A program made the translations under genes and the position numbers. Below are positions 28,940 through 38,711 of a stretch of DNA of 64,000 nt, piece after piece. Positions within the stretch are counted from its first letter, which is position 1, and every line of letters starts with the position of its first letter. Where the stretch lies: contig CAZHBZ010000002.1 of assembly GCA_964530925.1 (NCBI GenBank), positions 3,621 to 67,620 on the forward strand, in the 5' to 3' direction. The notes beneath the pieces are model-generated. The model was not told where the DNA came from. It saw only the letters and a list, made by a program, of their open reading frames with translations, and made no database searches. The stretch comes from an uncultured Candidatus Saccharibacteria bacterium (GTDB lineage Bacteria; Patescibacteriota; Minisyncoccia; UBA6257; 2-01-FULL-56-20).

Positions 28940-29860
28940 TTATAAACCAGTTTTCTGAGTTGCTCTCTTCGCAAAAAGCATACCTATATTCATATACGCG
29001 TATTTCCCGTGGCGTTCCGGAACATGCAACGGAACTCCTTTCGTGTGGCTAACTTCAAAACCCGCTTTTTTTAGACGATTCTCGGCCTCTTCAAAGCCAT
29101 AGTGATACTCCATAACCACATATTCAAATTTTCGCAATAATTCATCAGATGTACTGTTCAATATGTCGTATTCCCACCCCTCGCAATCTATTTTCAACAA
29201 ACCGTCCTCAACGGAATTTGCGAGGACAACAGACTCCAGCGTGACAACCGGTGTTTTTGTGGCAAATTCTTTTTTCAGCTGATCGTGGGGGCCGAAGACA
29301 ACTTTGAACATCTCGTCTTCGGAAATATCCGGAAGCGGAACTCGGCCAACCCCGGCATGGATAACCTCTATGATCTCTTCCATATGATTCGCGGATACAT
29401 TCTCCGATGCTATATCCGCAAAAGTTTTTACCGGCTCCACGGCTACAACTTTCTTCGCCCCCAAAAGACTAAAATATACCGGCGTATCCCCCAACATTGC
29501 CCCAATATCCACAACGGTCCGGTTCGAAAAATTTACATCCTTAATAAAAGGTTTGTAGCTTTCCCAACCGAACACCTCTTCCAGCATCCAAACACCGGCA
29601 TCCGCGCAATTAAAGCTGATGTTTTTGCCCATATATACGATAGTCGCGTACTTCCCGCTTATCTTACCTTTTGGGAAATAACGGAAAAAACCGACATAAT
29701 TCATAAATTCCGCCCAGGTTGACCTACTTACCCTTATGGAAAATCCGCTTTCAAATCTTGCCTCCACCTCTTTATTCAAACCGTATACCCCCAAAAGCAC
29801 CGCCAAACTATTTTTTACGAACAACAGAACTTTTATAAAATCTTTAATTTTAGTTAACAT
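28940..29860 (-). CDS. FkbM-family methyltransferase
   Basis: VDIGAMLG and LKIDCEGWE motifs. Confidence 0.88.
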   Translation of the reverse strand: MLTKIKDFIKVLLFVKNSLAVLLGVYGLNKEVEARFESGFSIRVSRSTWAEFMNYVGFFRYFPKGKISGKYATIVYMGKNISFNCADAGVWMLEEVFGWESYKPFIKDVNFSNRTVVDIGAMLGDTPVYFSLLGAKKVVAVEPVKTFADIASENVSANHMEEIIEVIHAGVGRVPLPDISEDEMFKVVFGPHDQLKKEFATKTPVVTLESVVLANSVEDGLLKIDCEGWEYDILNSTSDELLRKFEYVVMEYHYGFEEAENRLKKAGFEVSHTKGVPLHVPERHGKYAYMNIGMLFAKRATQKTGL

Positions 29861-29866
29861 TTTTTA

Positions 29867-30556
29867 TTATTTTTTGCACTCGGCGAATAACGAATGCCCG
29901 GGATAAACGTCCAGAGAATCAATATCCGGACACTCTCCCTTCCTATAATCTTGTTTTCTTACTTCTCTAAATCCTACCGTTTTAAGGTGAGCCTCAAGAG
30001 AGCCAAAGTTATACCCGTATTTGTGAGCATGAAAATCAAACCTATCTGAAGTATAGAAAAAACTGCGAAGCATTTCATCCACCTTGCCGGAAGCGTAAAG
30101 CTTCGCCGCAAAATCCAGATCTGGGACAAGCACCCGCATCAACCCCCCGGGCTTCAGCGCCCGATGACAATCTTTCAAAAAATTCAATCCATCCGCTTCG
30201 GTTAGATGTTCCAAAAAATGGCTTGTGAAAATGATATCCAAAGAATTATCTTCAAAAGGAACGCCATCTCTGAGATCGAAGAATAGCAAGCCACTATTTT
30301 TTATAATTTCGTTGTACTGCTCTAAGGTGTAAAACTCAGAAGAACCGGCAAGTTTATATAAAATATCATTGATGGATGAGAGCCTGCGCGAACCGAAAAG
30401 AGCGGTAAGGCTTCCATCCACATTTTGCCATCCCGGCAGACAGCGCAATCCGCAACCTAAATTCGCCCAGGCGTTATGAGTTGGAACTTTGTATCTCTTG
30501 CCCCGGTAAAAAATGTTAGCCGTCGCAAGAACCGCCCCTACTAAAAACTTTTTCAT
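29867..30556 (-). CDS. Class I SAM methyltransferase
   Basis: NLGCG, SHFLEH, LKPGG..RVLVPD. Confidence 0.85.
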   Translation of the reverse strand: MKKFLVGAVLATANIFYRGKRYKVPTHNAWANLGCGLRCLPGWQNVDGSLTALFGSRRLSSINDILYKLAGSSEFYTLEQYNEIIKNSGLLFFDLRDGVPFEDNSLDIIFTSHFLEHLTEADGLNFLKDCHRALKPGGLMRVLVPDLDFAAKLYASGKVDEMLRSFFYTSDRFDFHAHKYGYNFGSLEAHLKTVGFREVRKQDYRKGECPDIDSLDVYPGHSLFAECKK

Positions 30557-31578
30557 TATAGATTTGGGGTTTTGCCGAGCATTTTTTTTATCATCATTAT
30601 GCAAAAGTCGCAGATATTTTTGCCAAAAACAAGAAGCGCTGCGGCATATATATAGTAATACGGAGTTGCATTGTATCCCAGTTTACTGAGTTCCTTCGCG
30701 TATTTCATAAAAACCCCGACTCCCTTATTCCGATGAATGGCCAAAATTGGATACGAATATTTAGAAAGATCTCTCATTACGTTGGGCAAAGAATGAAAAC
30801 CGTATTTCGCATCCATATATTTCGCTATTTTTGGATAGCCGCTCATAAAAGCTAAGGAGCGGGAGGTGTCTACTGGCCGCGAAACAATCTTTTTAGTTCC
30901 TTCTTCATACATTGTTTCTTTGGCGCGGGTTGCCAAGTCTTCCACTTGTCTGGTAATTGGTGTATCAAAATAGGCGGATTTATACTTCAAGACCAGCTCA
31001 GCAACCCAATATATCTGGATTAATCCAAATCGGTCAAAATCGTTTATAAGATGCGGCAGTATTAAATCTCTTCGTATTGCGAAGCCGGAAATGAAAACGC
31101 TCTTACGAAATATTTCCTCGTAGGTTTTTTCGCCCGGTGAGAATATCCTGTCGCCGACATAGTAGCGGAAGTCCTCCACGCTCCCGTCCGCATGGACTGT
31201 CTCATAGCGCCGGAGGACATAAACTATTTCCGGATTATTTTTTATGAAGTCGGTCAACTTATCCAAGCCGCCAGAAATAAATTCGTCGTCATCACCCATA
31301 AGGACAATCCACTTGCCGCTCGCTGCTTTTACGAGCTCAATCAGGTTTCCGTCGTAGCCCAAGTTATTTTCATTCTCCCTGTAAACAACCGAATATTTAG
31401 AATTCGATTTAAATTTTTCTACCATCGCCCTTATCTCCGCCTGTTTAGGGCTCGCGTCCTCGGAAATGACTATCTCGACTTCCTTGGGGTTTTCCGAGTT
31501 TATGGTTTTAAGCAACCTTACCAAGGTTTCTGGGCGGTTGTAGGAAGGAATACAGATTGATACAAATGGTTCCGCCAT
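30556..31578 (-). CDS. GT2 glycosyltransferase (RfbV-like)
   Basis: SICIPSYNR, EDAS, NLGYD.N, MGDDD. Confidence 0.88.
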   Translation of the reverse strand: MAEPFVSICIPSYNRPETLVRLLKTINSENPKEVEIVISEDASPKQAEIRAMVEKFKSNSKYSVVYRENENNLGYDGNLIELVKAASGKWIVLMGDDDEFISGGLDKLTDFIKNNPEIVYVLRRYETVHADGSVEDFRYYVGDRIFSPGEKTYEEIFRKSVFISGFAIRRDLILPHLINDFDRFGLIQIYWVAELVLKYKSAYFDTPITRQVEDLATRAKETMYEEGTKKIVSRPVDTSRSLAFMSGYPKIAKYMDAKYGFHSLPNVMRDLSKYSYPILAIHRNKGVGVFMKYAKELSKLGYNATPYYYIYAAALLVFGKNICDFCIMMIKKMLGKTPNL

Positions 31579-31687
31579 TTTGGTCAGTATATTTGTTTAT
31601 GCCTTTATTTTCAATTAAAATTTGATTGACTTTTAACTGGCCGGAGATTAATGTTCTGGAAGAATCTTGAGGCGAAAAAGGAGAAAG

Positions 31688-32302
31688 ATGAAAATCTACA
31701 TTACTACAACCGCGGAAATAGGTGCGCGATGCGCCGCCTGGGCAATGGAGAACCTCCCACCCGGAGTGTCTTTTGTCGAAAATATGGAAGATTCGGATAT
31801 CTTTTTTTCGATCTTCTACAACAAGCTGATCTCCGAGGAATTTATCGCCGGGCGGAAAAAGTGTCTTAACTTCCACGGCGGGATCCTTCCGGAATATCGA
31901 GGCTCCGGCACCATCAATTGGGCGATCATCAATGGAGAAAAAGAGACCGGGATTACCCTCCATGAGATAGACGCGCAAATTGACCATGGTCCCGTTATTG
32001 ACATCCAACGAATCCCGATAGAAGACACCGATACAGCGGGAACCCTCTATGTAAAATTGGAAGAACTGATCTTCCAAATGTTCAAAAGCTGGTTTGCGAG
32101 ACTCATTTCACTGGACTACATAGCCACCCCCCAAGACCATTCCCGGGCAAAACTTTATTTCCGGAAAGATCTCCAAGCCGCAAAAGACCTAACCCGCTTT
32201 GTTCGGGCGTTCGAATATCCCGGCAAAGAAAATGCATACTACTTAACCAACACAGGAGAGGTGGTTCCTCTAAAATACGAACCGAACAAGGCATCGACAT
32301 AA
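31688..32302 (+). CDS. Sugar N-formyltransferase (formyl-THF dependent)
   Basis: NFHGGILPEYRG, GITLHEID..IDHGP; AGGAG SD before ATG 31688. Confidence 0.85.
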   Translation: MKIYITTTAEIGARCAAWAMENLPPGVSFVENMEDSDIFFSIFYNKLISEEFIAGRKKCLNFHGGILPEYRGSGTINWAIINGEKETGITLHEIDAQIDHGPVIDIQRIPIEDTDTAGTLYVKLEELIFQMFKSWFARLISLDYIATPQDHSRAKLYFRKDLQAAKDLTRFVRAFEYPGKENAYYLTNTGEVVPLKYEPNKAST

Positions 32303-32306
32303 AAGC

Positions 32307-32341
32307 AAAAGGCCGTCCGCATTTCGCGAACGGCCTGTTTT
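32307..32341. terminator. Bidirectional terminator between convergent formyltransferase and aminotransferase
   Basis: AAAAGGCCGT...ACGGCCTGTTTT. Confidence 0.65.
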
Positions 32342-33458
32342 ATATGTTCCTGAGCACCCCTCTCAAACTGTCGCAAACGTAGTCGATCTCTTCAGAGCTA
32401 AGCTCGGGTCCACTGGGAAGATAGAAGCCGTTCTCGCCGACGAAGTTTGCAACCGGGCAATCCCCTTCCCTGGTCCAACCATCCTTGATGAAGATCTTCT
32501 GTTGATTCGCAGGAACGAACGCCACTCGCGTTTCGATTCCCTTCCCCGCAAGAGCTTCCGTAATTTCCGCGCGGTGGCCGACTGCCTTACCGCGAAGCAC
32601 CACGTGGAACATCCAGTAGACATTCCGCGCGTACCTTTTCTCCACCGGCAGTTGAAGCTCCGGGATTCCGGAGAGCCGAGACGTATAAGCCTTGGCCATC
32701 GCTCGCTTCATGCCGATAACTTTGTCCAGTCCGGCCATCTGCCCAAATCCGATTGCAGCATGCAGATTGGACATGCGGTAGTTAAAACCCACAGCTTCGT
32801 GCATGAACTTATTCGCTCGGCCGTAAGCCAAAGACCTAAGAGATGCGGCCTTCGCGGCGTAGTCCGGATTATTCGTCGTGAGCATTCCGCCTTCGCCGGT
32901 CGTAAGGATCTTATTTGCGTAAAAGCTGAAGCAGCCGATATCGCCAAGCGATCCAACCCTCTTGTCTTTATAGGTCGCGCCGTGCGCCTCAGCCGCATCC
33001 TCGATAACGAAAAGGTTGTTCTCCCTTGCGATGTCTGAGATCGGATCCATATCTACAGGATGTCCGTAAATATGAACTGGCATGATGGCCCGGGTCCGCT
33101 TCGTGAGTTTGCTCTCAAGAAGGGCCGGATTCATGTTCCAAGTATCCGACTCGATATCGATCGGCACCGGAGTGGCTCCGACATAGAGAATGGCGAAGAA
33201 AGTCGCCATATTCGTAAAGGTGGATACCAGGACCTCATCACCCTTTCCGATTCCCACCGTCGCGAGAGCCAGATGCAGAGCAACGGTCCCGTTGGTTACG
33301 GCGACCCCATGTTCGCAATCCGAAAAGTTTGCGAACCTCTTTTCGAACGCGGATACATAGGTTCCGGCCAATCCGGATATCTCATTTTGCCGCAGCGCAC
33401 TCAAGACCGCTGTTCTTTCCTCAATGCCGATTAGTGGCTTGGCTAGCGGAATTTTCAT
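32340..33458 (-). CDS. DegT/DnrJ PLP aminotransferase, perosamine-synthase-like
   Basis: NGTVALHLAL, EDAAEAHGA, FSFYANKILTTGEGG, GFNYRM; ATG at 33458 with GAGGTG SD. Confidence 0.9.
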   Translation of the reverse strand: MKIPLAKPLIGIEERTAVLSALRQNEISGLAGTYVSAFEKRFANFSDCEHGVAVTNGTVALHLALATVGIGKGDEVLVSTFTNMATFFAILYVGATPVPIDIESDTWNMNPALLESKLTKRTRAIMPVHIYGHPVDMDPISDIARENNLFVIEDAAEAHGATYKDKRVGSLGDIGCFSFYANKILTTGEGGMLTTNNPDYAAKAASLRSLAYGRANKFMHEAVGFNYRMSNLHAAIGFGQMAGLDKVIGMKRAMAKAYTSRLSGIPELQLPVEKRYARNVYWMFHVVLRGKAVGHRAEITEALAGKGIETRVAFVPANQQKIFIKDGWTREGDCPVANFVGENGFYLPSGPELSSEEIDYVCDSLRGVLRNI

Positions 33459-33594
33459 CTCTTTCACCTCTTTTTTATTCGGAACTAGCCACAACATAGA
33501 ACAGAATACTAAATTTGGCAAGTTGTTGTTGACATGCCAACACAAATGCGAGAGCATGAAGCCAGCAAACTTACATTTCCAAAAAGGAGGGCTT

Positions 33595-34578
33595 ATGGAG
33601 GAGATCCGAAATAAGCGCGTCTGCGTCATCGGTGGAGCCGGCTTCCTTGGAAGCCATCTCGTTAACTTCCTGGTCGAAGAACGCGGTTGCCAGGTTCTTG
33701 TGCTCGACAATCTCATCACCGGACTCCGGAAGCACGTGCACCCAGAGGCCAAGCTCGTGTGGTTCGACATCCGCGACAACAGCGACGAACTGGCGGATGT
33801 CCTAAGGAAGTATGAAATCGAATACGTCCTGAACTACGCGGCCGAGCCGTACATTCCCGAGTGCTTCGAACGTCCCATGCATTTTTTTGAGATCAACGCG
33901 GTTGCGGTTCTGAAGGTCCTGAACGCTTGCCAAAAGGCTGGCGTCAAGAAGATCCTGCAGGTTTCTTCCGCGGAAATCTACGGCGACATGAAGGGCAAGA
34001 TCAAGGAAACCGACATGGTTGTCGCCCACTCCACCTACGGAGTGTCCAAGCTCGCCGCAGATGGTCTGGTTCAGGTCCGCTGGAGAGAAGGAAAGGTTCC
34101 GGCAATCGCCATGCGCCAGTTCAACTGTGTCGGCGAACGCGAAACCCACGCCTACGTGATCCCGGAGATCATCTCCCAAATCGACCGAAACGGCCCCGTG
34201 GTCCATCTTGGTAACAACAGCTTCCGCGACTTCCAGTATGCTGGTGATGCCGTTAGGATGGCGGTCGAGCTTCTCGAGAAGGGAGAATCCGGCGAGGTCT
34301 ACAACATGGGCTCCGAGACCGGCATCCAGATCTATGATCTGGCCCGCCTGATCGGCTCTCTCATGGGACATCCCAGTATTGAGATCGTCACCGATCCGCA
34401 GAGGGTCCGCCCCTGGGAAATCTGGCACCTCCAGTCCGACAACAGCAAACTCTACGCGGCGATTGAAACGCGTCCGCAGGTCTCGCTCGAAGAGGCCCTC
34501 CGACGCACGATCAACTGCTTCGTCGAGAACGGAAGACGCTGGGACTTCTTCACCGAAAAGAGCGGATGGGTCATCTGA
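33595..34578 (+). CDS. Extended SDR NDP-sugar 4,6-dehydratase/epimerase
   Basis: GGAGFLGS, SSAEIYG, YGVSK; AAGGAGG SD before ATG 33595. Confidence 0.88.
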   Translation: MEEIRNKRVCVIGGAGFLGSHLVNFLVEERGCQVLVLDNLITGLRKHVHPEAKLVWFDIRDNSDELADVLRKYEIEYVLNYAAEPYIPECFERPMHFFEINAVAVLKVLNACQKAGVKKILQVSSAEIYGDMKGKIKETDMVVAHSTYGVSKLAADGLVQVRWREGKVPAIAMRQFNCVGERETHAYVIPEIISQIDRNGPVVHLGNNSFRDFQYAGDAVRMAVELLEKGESGEVYNMGSETGIQIYDLARLIGSLMGHPSIEIVTDPQRVRPWEIWHLQSDNSKLYAAIETRPQVSLEEALRRTINCFVENGRRWDFFTEKSGWVI

Positions 34579-34585
34579 TCCCCCG

Positions 34586-34612
34586 CACCCCGCCAATGGC
34601 GGGGCTTTTTTA
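34586..34612 (+). terminator. Intrinsic terminator
   Basis: CCCCGCCA-A-TGGCGGGG followed by T-run. Confidence 0.75.
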
Positions 34613-34670
34613 TCCATTAAGATGGTTTAGAAAAAAACCTAAATCGAGTATAATCCCAGTATCCAACCCA

Positions 34671-35618
34671 ATGAACAAATCATGCGAATTATTGGTCGTT
34701 TGTCCGCATTGTAAAAAATCTCTAAAATGGACAAAAGAATTCGCGGAGTGCCTCGCTTGCAAGAAAAAGTACCCTATTGAAATTGGCGTAGTTCGCTTTT
34801 TGGAAAATATCGACGAATTTTACGAGGGCAACTATGTTCGCCAAATACACTATATACCCGGCAATAACCTTCTTAAAAATTGGGTTTTTTTCAATTTAGT
34901 CCAAAGCGGCATCCTTGGAGAAATAAAAAAATCCGTGAATCCAAATGCTAATGTTTTAGACATAGGTTGCGCCGGAGGCATTAGATGGCTGGGCAGCTAT
35001 GCCCAAACCATTGGCATAGATCTTTCCCTCTCTTCATTGATTAAGGCGACAGAATGTTACGACCTAGCGATTCAGGCAAAGATAGAGATCCTTCCGTTTA
35101 AAGATTCTTCGTTCGATTTAATTTATGGAAGCTATATATTTGAACACTTGTCAGACAAAAGTAAAAGTGAATTTTTAAATGAGGCCCGACGCGTCTTAAA
35201 GCCGGGTGGAAAATTAATTTTACAATTTGATACGCTTTCCGACAACTGGCTGACTCGTTTTGCGATGAAAGACATGGCTGCATTTGAAAAAAGTTTTATC
35301 GCAACCGACGGGCACATAGGCCTGGAACCCCTCCCCGCTGCGCTTGAAAGATTCCGCTCGCGCGGTTTTAAGGTGTTGCGAGCGCTAAAATTCGGAACCA
35401 CATTCCTTCAATATCAGGCGACTTATGGCTGGCTAAACACCGCCTACGGAAAAGATTATGCATGGATTCGCTGGGTATCCGGATTTGTGAACTGGGCTCT
35501 CGGCAAACCGTCCGGAATAATTTTGGAATTTGCGGTTACAGCATTCGATAAAACCATAAACCGATTTTCTTCCGCCAAAGCGGCGACAAGAGCGATAGTC
35601 GTAGCGGAAAAAGTTTAG
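34671..35618 (+). CDS. Class I SAM methyltransferase with N-terminal Trm112-like CxxC...CxxC ribbon
   Basis: CPHC...CLAC, LDIGCAGG, LPFKDSSFD, LKPGG. Confidence 0.82.
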   Translation: MNKSCELLVVCPHCKKSLKWTKEFAECLACKKKYPIEIGVVRFLENIDEFYEGNYVRQIHYIPGNNLLKNWVFFNLVQSGILGEIKKSVNPNANVLDIGCAGGIRWLGSYAQTIGIDLSLSSLIKATECYDLAIQAKIEILPFKDSSFDLIYGSYIFEHLSDKSKSEFLNEARRVLKPGGKLILQFDTLSDNWLTRFAMKDMAAFEKSFIATDGHIGLEPLPAALERFRSRGFKVLRALKFGTTFLQYQATYGWLNTAYGKDYAWIRWVSGFVNWALGKPSGIILEFAVTAFDKTINRFSSAKAATRAIVVAEKV

Positions 35619-35642
35619 GTTGCCAGATTCGCGCCCGCCCTA

Positions 35643-36647
35643 TTATTCTAAAAATTTGAATCTCCGATGGCTGAAAAATAATTTGTATCCTTTATACAAT
35701 ATCTTATTCACCCAAAGCGGAAGCAAAAAAAGAGGCATGGCAATCCAAAATTCCGGGAAGCTCCAATAAAGCTTAAACATTTTCCACCTCTTGCCTTTTG
35801 GCGTATCCCACCCGCCAATCCATGCAACCGCCATCCCGCGCCAAAGAGAAGCAAAATTTACCGATAAAATTCTTCGAACTGCGCTTCTGCTAAATTTCCC
35901 CTTAAATTCCATAAGTATGTTGTAAAAATCCACCCCGTATGAATTAAATGCTATGTTTTCTATTTTCTCGTTTTTGATAAAACTTTTTTTAAATTCTTCC
36001 GGCGTAGTCGGGTGACAGAGTATATATGGTCCGGATAAAAAATAGAGTCCTTTGTTCCCGGATATTACATGGAATATCAAAACCAGCGAGGCGAACGAGA
36101 ATCCCACAATATGTTTTTTTGCCAAAGGCATGGCGGCTATCCCGTCTGCGCAGCGAAAAATCAAAGAGGATAAAAGCCCAATCCCAGTCCCCAATACATC
36201 CAAAACTTCGTTCCCATCTTTAAAAAATCCGTCGGCCCTATTAATTGCCGGATTCCCAAATTTTTGAACACCAAAATTAACCCAAACGAATGAAATGTCG
36301 GGGTGTTTTTTTACCAATTCCAAAACGCGTGCGACTGCCCCCGGCAGCAACTCATCGTCATCAGAGAACCACCACAAATACTCTCCCGTGGAATGTTCCA
36401 CAAGGAAAAGATTGGCGGCATCCAAGCCTATTTTCTCACCATGGAAATAACTGAGCTTGCAAGGCGGGTTGAATTTTTTAATCAACCCATCCAAAACCTT
36501 CTTTGTTTCTTCGTTTGGACTATCGTCTCGAATTACCAACTCCGTCTCAGAAGTTAGCTGCGGCAAAAGGCCTGTAAGCATCCGGCGAAATTTATCCGGA
36601 CGGTTGTACGTGGGAACGGCAACGCTAAGAAGTGGTGCTTTATTCAT
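35643..36647 (-). CDS. GT2 glycosyltransferase
   Basis: SVAVPTYNR, RDDS, FSDDD. Confidence 0.88.
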   Translation of the reverse strand: MNKAPLLSVAVPTYNRPDKFRRMLTGLLPQLTSETELVIRDDSPNEETKKVLDGLIKKFNPPCKLSYFHGEKIGLDAANLFLVEHSTGEYLWWFSDDDELLPGAVARVLELVKKHPDISFVWVNFGVQKFGNPAINRADGFFKDGNEVLDVLGTGIGLLSSLIFRCADGIAAMPLAKKHIVGFSFASLVLIFHVISGNKGLYFLSGPYILCHPTTPEEFKKSFIKNEKIENIAFNSYGVDFYNILMEFKGKFSRSAVRRILSVNFASLWRGMAVAWIGGWDTPKGKRWKMFKLYWSFPEFWIAMPLFLLPLWVNKILYKGYKLFFSHRRFKFLE

Positions 36648-36670
36648 GTCGCAAAATTATAGTTTAAAAA

Positions 36671-37723
36671 TTAACTACTCGCCATAGTTTTCACAAGCAT
36701 CTTGGAAAGCTGCTCTTTCATCCCATAACCGCCTCTCAAACATCTTTCCAGCCCTGCCGCAGCTATATTCCGGCGTTCGGCTTCGTGTTCCAAATAATAT
36801 TTAGTCTTTTTGAGCATTTCTTCATTTGAATCGAAAAACTCCGCCTCCTTCCCCTCTTCAAAAAACTCCAATTGCCGGCCGGTCCTTTCCCCCAACATAA
36901 ATCCCCCACAAGCCGGTATCTCTACGGTCCGGCTCGTAACCATATCCCGATTCAATTTGCGCAGAAAACAAAGGTTTATTTTTGTAGCATTTATCGCTTT
37001 AGAATAATCTATGCCGAAAAGATGCCTGTTCTTAATAATCAGATTCGGATGCTTACCGAGCCACGAGCCCCAGTCATTTCCCCAAACGACAACCCTGATT
37101 CCGTTCTGTGCAAGATAGAGCATTCTTTGGGCGCGATCTTCTTCAAAAGAACCGGCGAACCCGACCTCCGCAAAATACATATCTTTTTCTTCTGGAGTTA
37201 GATCCATCGAGTGGTGGATGTCTTCATTATAGGCGTCCAAAAATAATTCGGTTCTTTTGGCGCCCAGTGTTTTCAACTCATCCAAGTTGTAGGTTTTGGT
37301 CGTAAAAACAATATCGTAATATTTTAACCCCCAAAGATAATAGAAAGAACGGTTGTGGCTCCTTCCCATATCATCCTCGGAAGAGGAAATCAGCTTGGTT
37401 TCCGGGAAATTGGTTTTGATGTGTTTCAGCGTTGCTGGCCTGATAAGATTCCCCTTCTCGATCCAGATTATGTCAAATTTTTCTTTTCCGAGTTCCGCTA
37501 ATATCTTTTTATTCACACCGACCCAATCCAATGGGAGTTTAAGCCTCCAAAAAACTCTGGAAATGAAACTTGGTGTGTTAATTCGAGCGCGCCACGGAAT
37601 AGGCATTTCAGATACCCCGGCAACTCTGTGCCCGAGTTTTTGGAAAGAAGAGTATCTCTGGTAGGTGCGGGTATAATCGTTTAAGTCTCCGACAAACAAT
37701 ATTTTAAGTGAAGGGGTTTCCAT
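36671..37723 (-). CDS. CgeB-like (Glyco_trans_1_2) glycosyltransferase
   Basis: SRTVEIPACGGFML...FFEEGKE C-terminal motif. Confidence 0.82.
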   Translation of the reverse strand: METPSLKILFVGDLNDYTRTYQRYSSFQKLGHRVAGVSEMPIPWRARINTPSFISRVFWRLKLPLDWVGVNKKILAELGKEKFDIIWIEKGNLIRPATLKHIKTNFPETKLISSSEDDMGRSHNRSFYYLWGLKYYDIVFTTKTYNLDELKTLGAKRTELFLDAYNEDIHHSMDLTPEEKDMYFAEVGFAGSFEEDRAQRMLYLAQNGIRVVVWGNDWGSWLGKHPNLIIKNRHLFGIDYSKAINATKINLCFLRKLNRDMVTSRTVEIPACGGFMLGERTGRQLEFFEEGKEAEFFDSNEEMLKKTKYYLEHEAERRNIAAAGLERCLRGGYGMKEQLSKMLVKTMASS

Positions 37724-37724
37724 T

Positions 37725-38612
37725 TTATTTCTTTACCGCAAACACATTTGCGCCTCCATTCGCGCCACCGGAACATTTTTTTATAAACTCTTCCGTATTT
37801 ATTATCGGGCAAACTTGTTTCGTCACCGCATCAATGTTGAATATCTCAAAATTATTATCGTCGAGTATCTGAAAAAATTCTGCGGGGTCGCAACCCGCCT
37901 TCTCAATGGCATAAGGCCAGAATTCGGAAACAATCGATAAATCTGCCGATTTTTTTAGAACTTCCTCCGCTCCTCTTAAAACAAGAACCTCCGCGCCCTG
38001 GACATCCATCTTCAGGAAATTTATACCGGAAGATTCTCCCCTAAGCGCATCGTCCAGCTTTATCGCCTCAATCTCCACAAAATCTCTGGAATCCCCGGAG
38101 TCATAAATCCTGTGATCCCCCCGATTGTCCTCATTTAGGTACAATTTTATTCTTCCGGACTTGTCCGATAGCGCTTTTTGTTCCAATACTGCGTTCTTGC
38201 AGCCGTTCAATTCCATATTAGATTTCAGGATTCTGAAGTTTTCCGGGTCCGGCTCAAAGGCAAACACTTTGCCGTTTTCTCCTGCTAATCTAGAAAAAAT
38301 GGTCGTGTAATAACCGATGTTCGCTCCCACATCCACCACAACATCTCCGGGTTTAATTTTGGTCCTAAGAAACCCGGTCTCAAATTCTTCATACAGACCG
38401 AAAATGGAAAGTCCCAAAGAATCTTTCTTATCCAGGTTTAGTTTAAAATTTTTCATGCCGGGAACGGAAATATCCGCCTGCGCTCCCGGATTCTTTAGCC
38501 GCCCAGAAATCCCTTCGTACATCCACACCACCGGTCTGAAACGGGAGAGTCCCAACCCCCTGCTTAAAAATTTAACCGTCGCGGCAAATATTTTGCTTAA
38601 AATTTTTTTCAT
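37725..38612 (-). CDS. FkbM-family methyltransferase
   Basis: VDVGANIGYY, AFEP, KMDVQGAE. Confidence 0.92.
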   Translation of the reverse strand: MKKILSKIFAATVKFLSRGLGLSRFRPVVWMYEGISGRLKNPGAQADISVPGMKNFKLNLDKKDSLGLSIFGLYEEFETGFLRTKIKPGDVVVDVGANIGYYTTIFSRLAGENGKVFAFEPDPENFRILKSNMELNGCKNAVLEQKALSDKSGRIKLYLNEDNRGDHRIYDSGDSRDFVEIEAIKLDDALRGESSGINFLKMDVQGAEVLVLRGAEEVLKKSADLSIVSEFWPYAIEKAGCDPAEFFQILDDNNFEIFNIDAVTKQVCPIINTEEFIKKCSGGANGGANVFAVKK

Positions 38613-38711
38613 AATTAGGTGAAGCCCAATAGATTAACAAAGGCTGAATTTTGCGCTCGTTCGATCTACCCAATACTAATCCTTAAGTCCTCATATTTCA
38701 ATTTTATCAAA

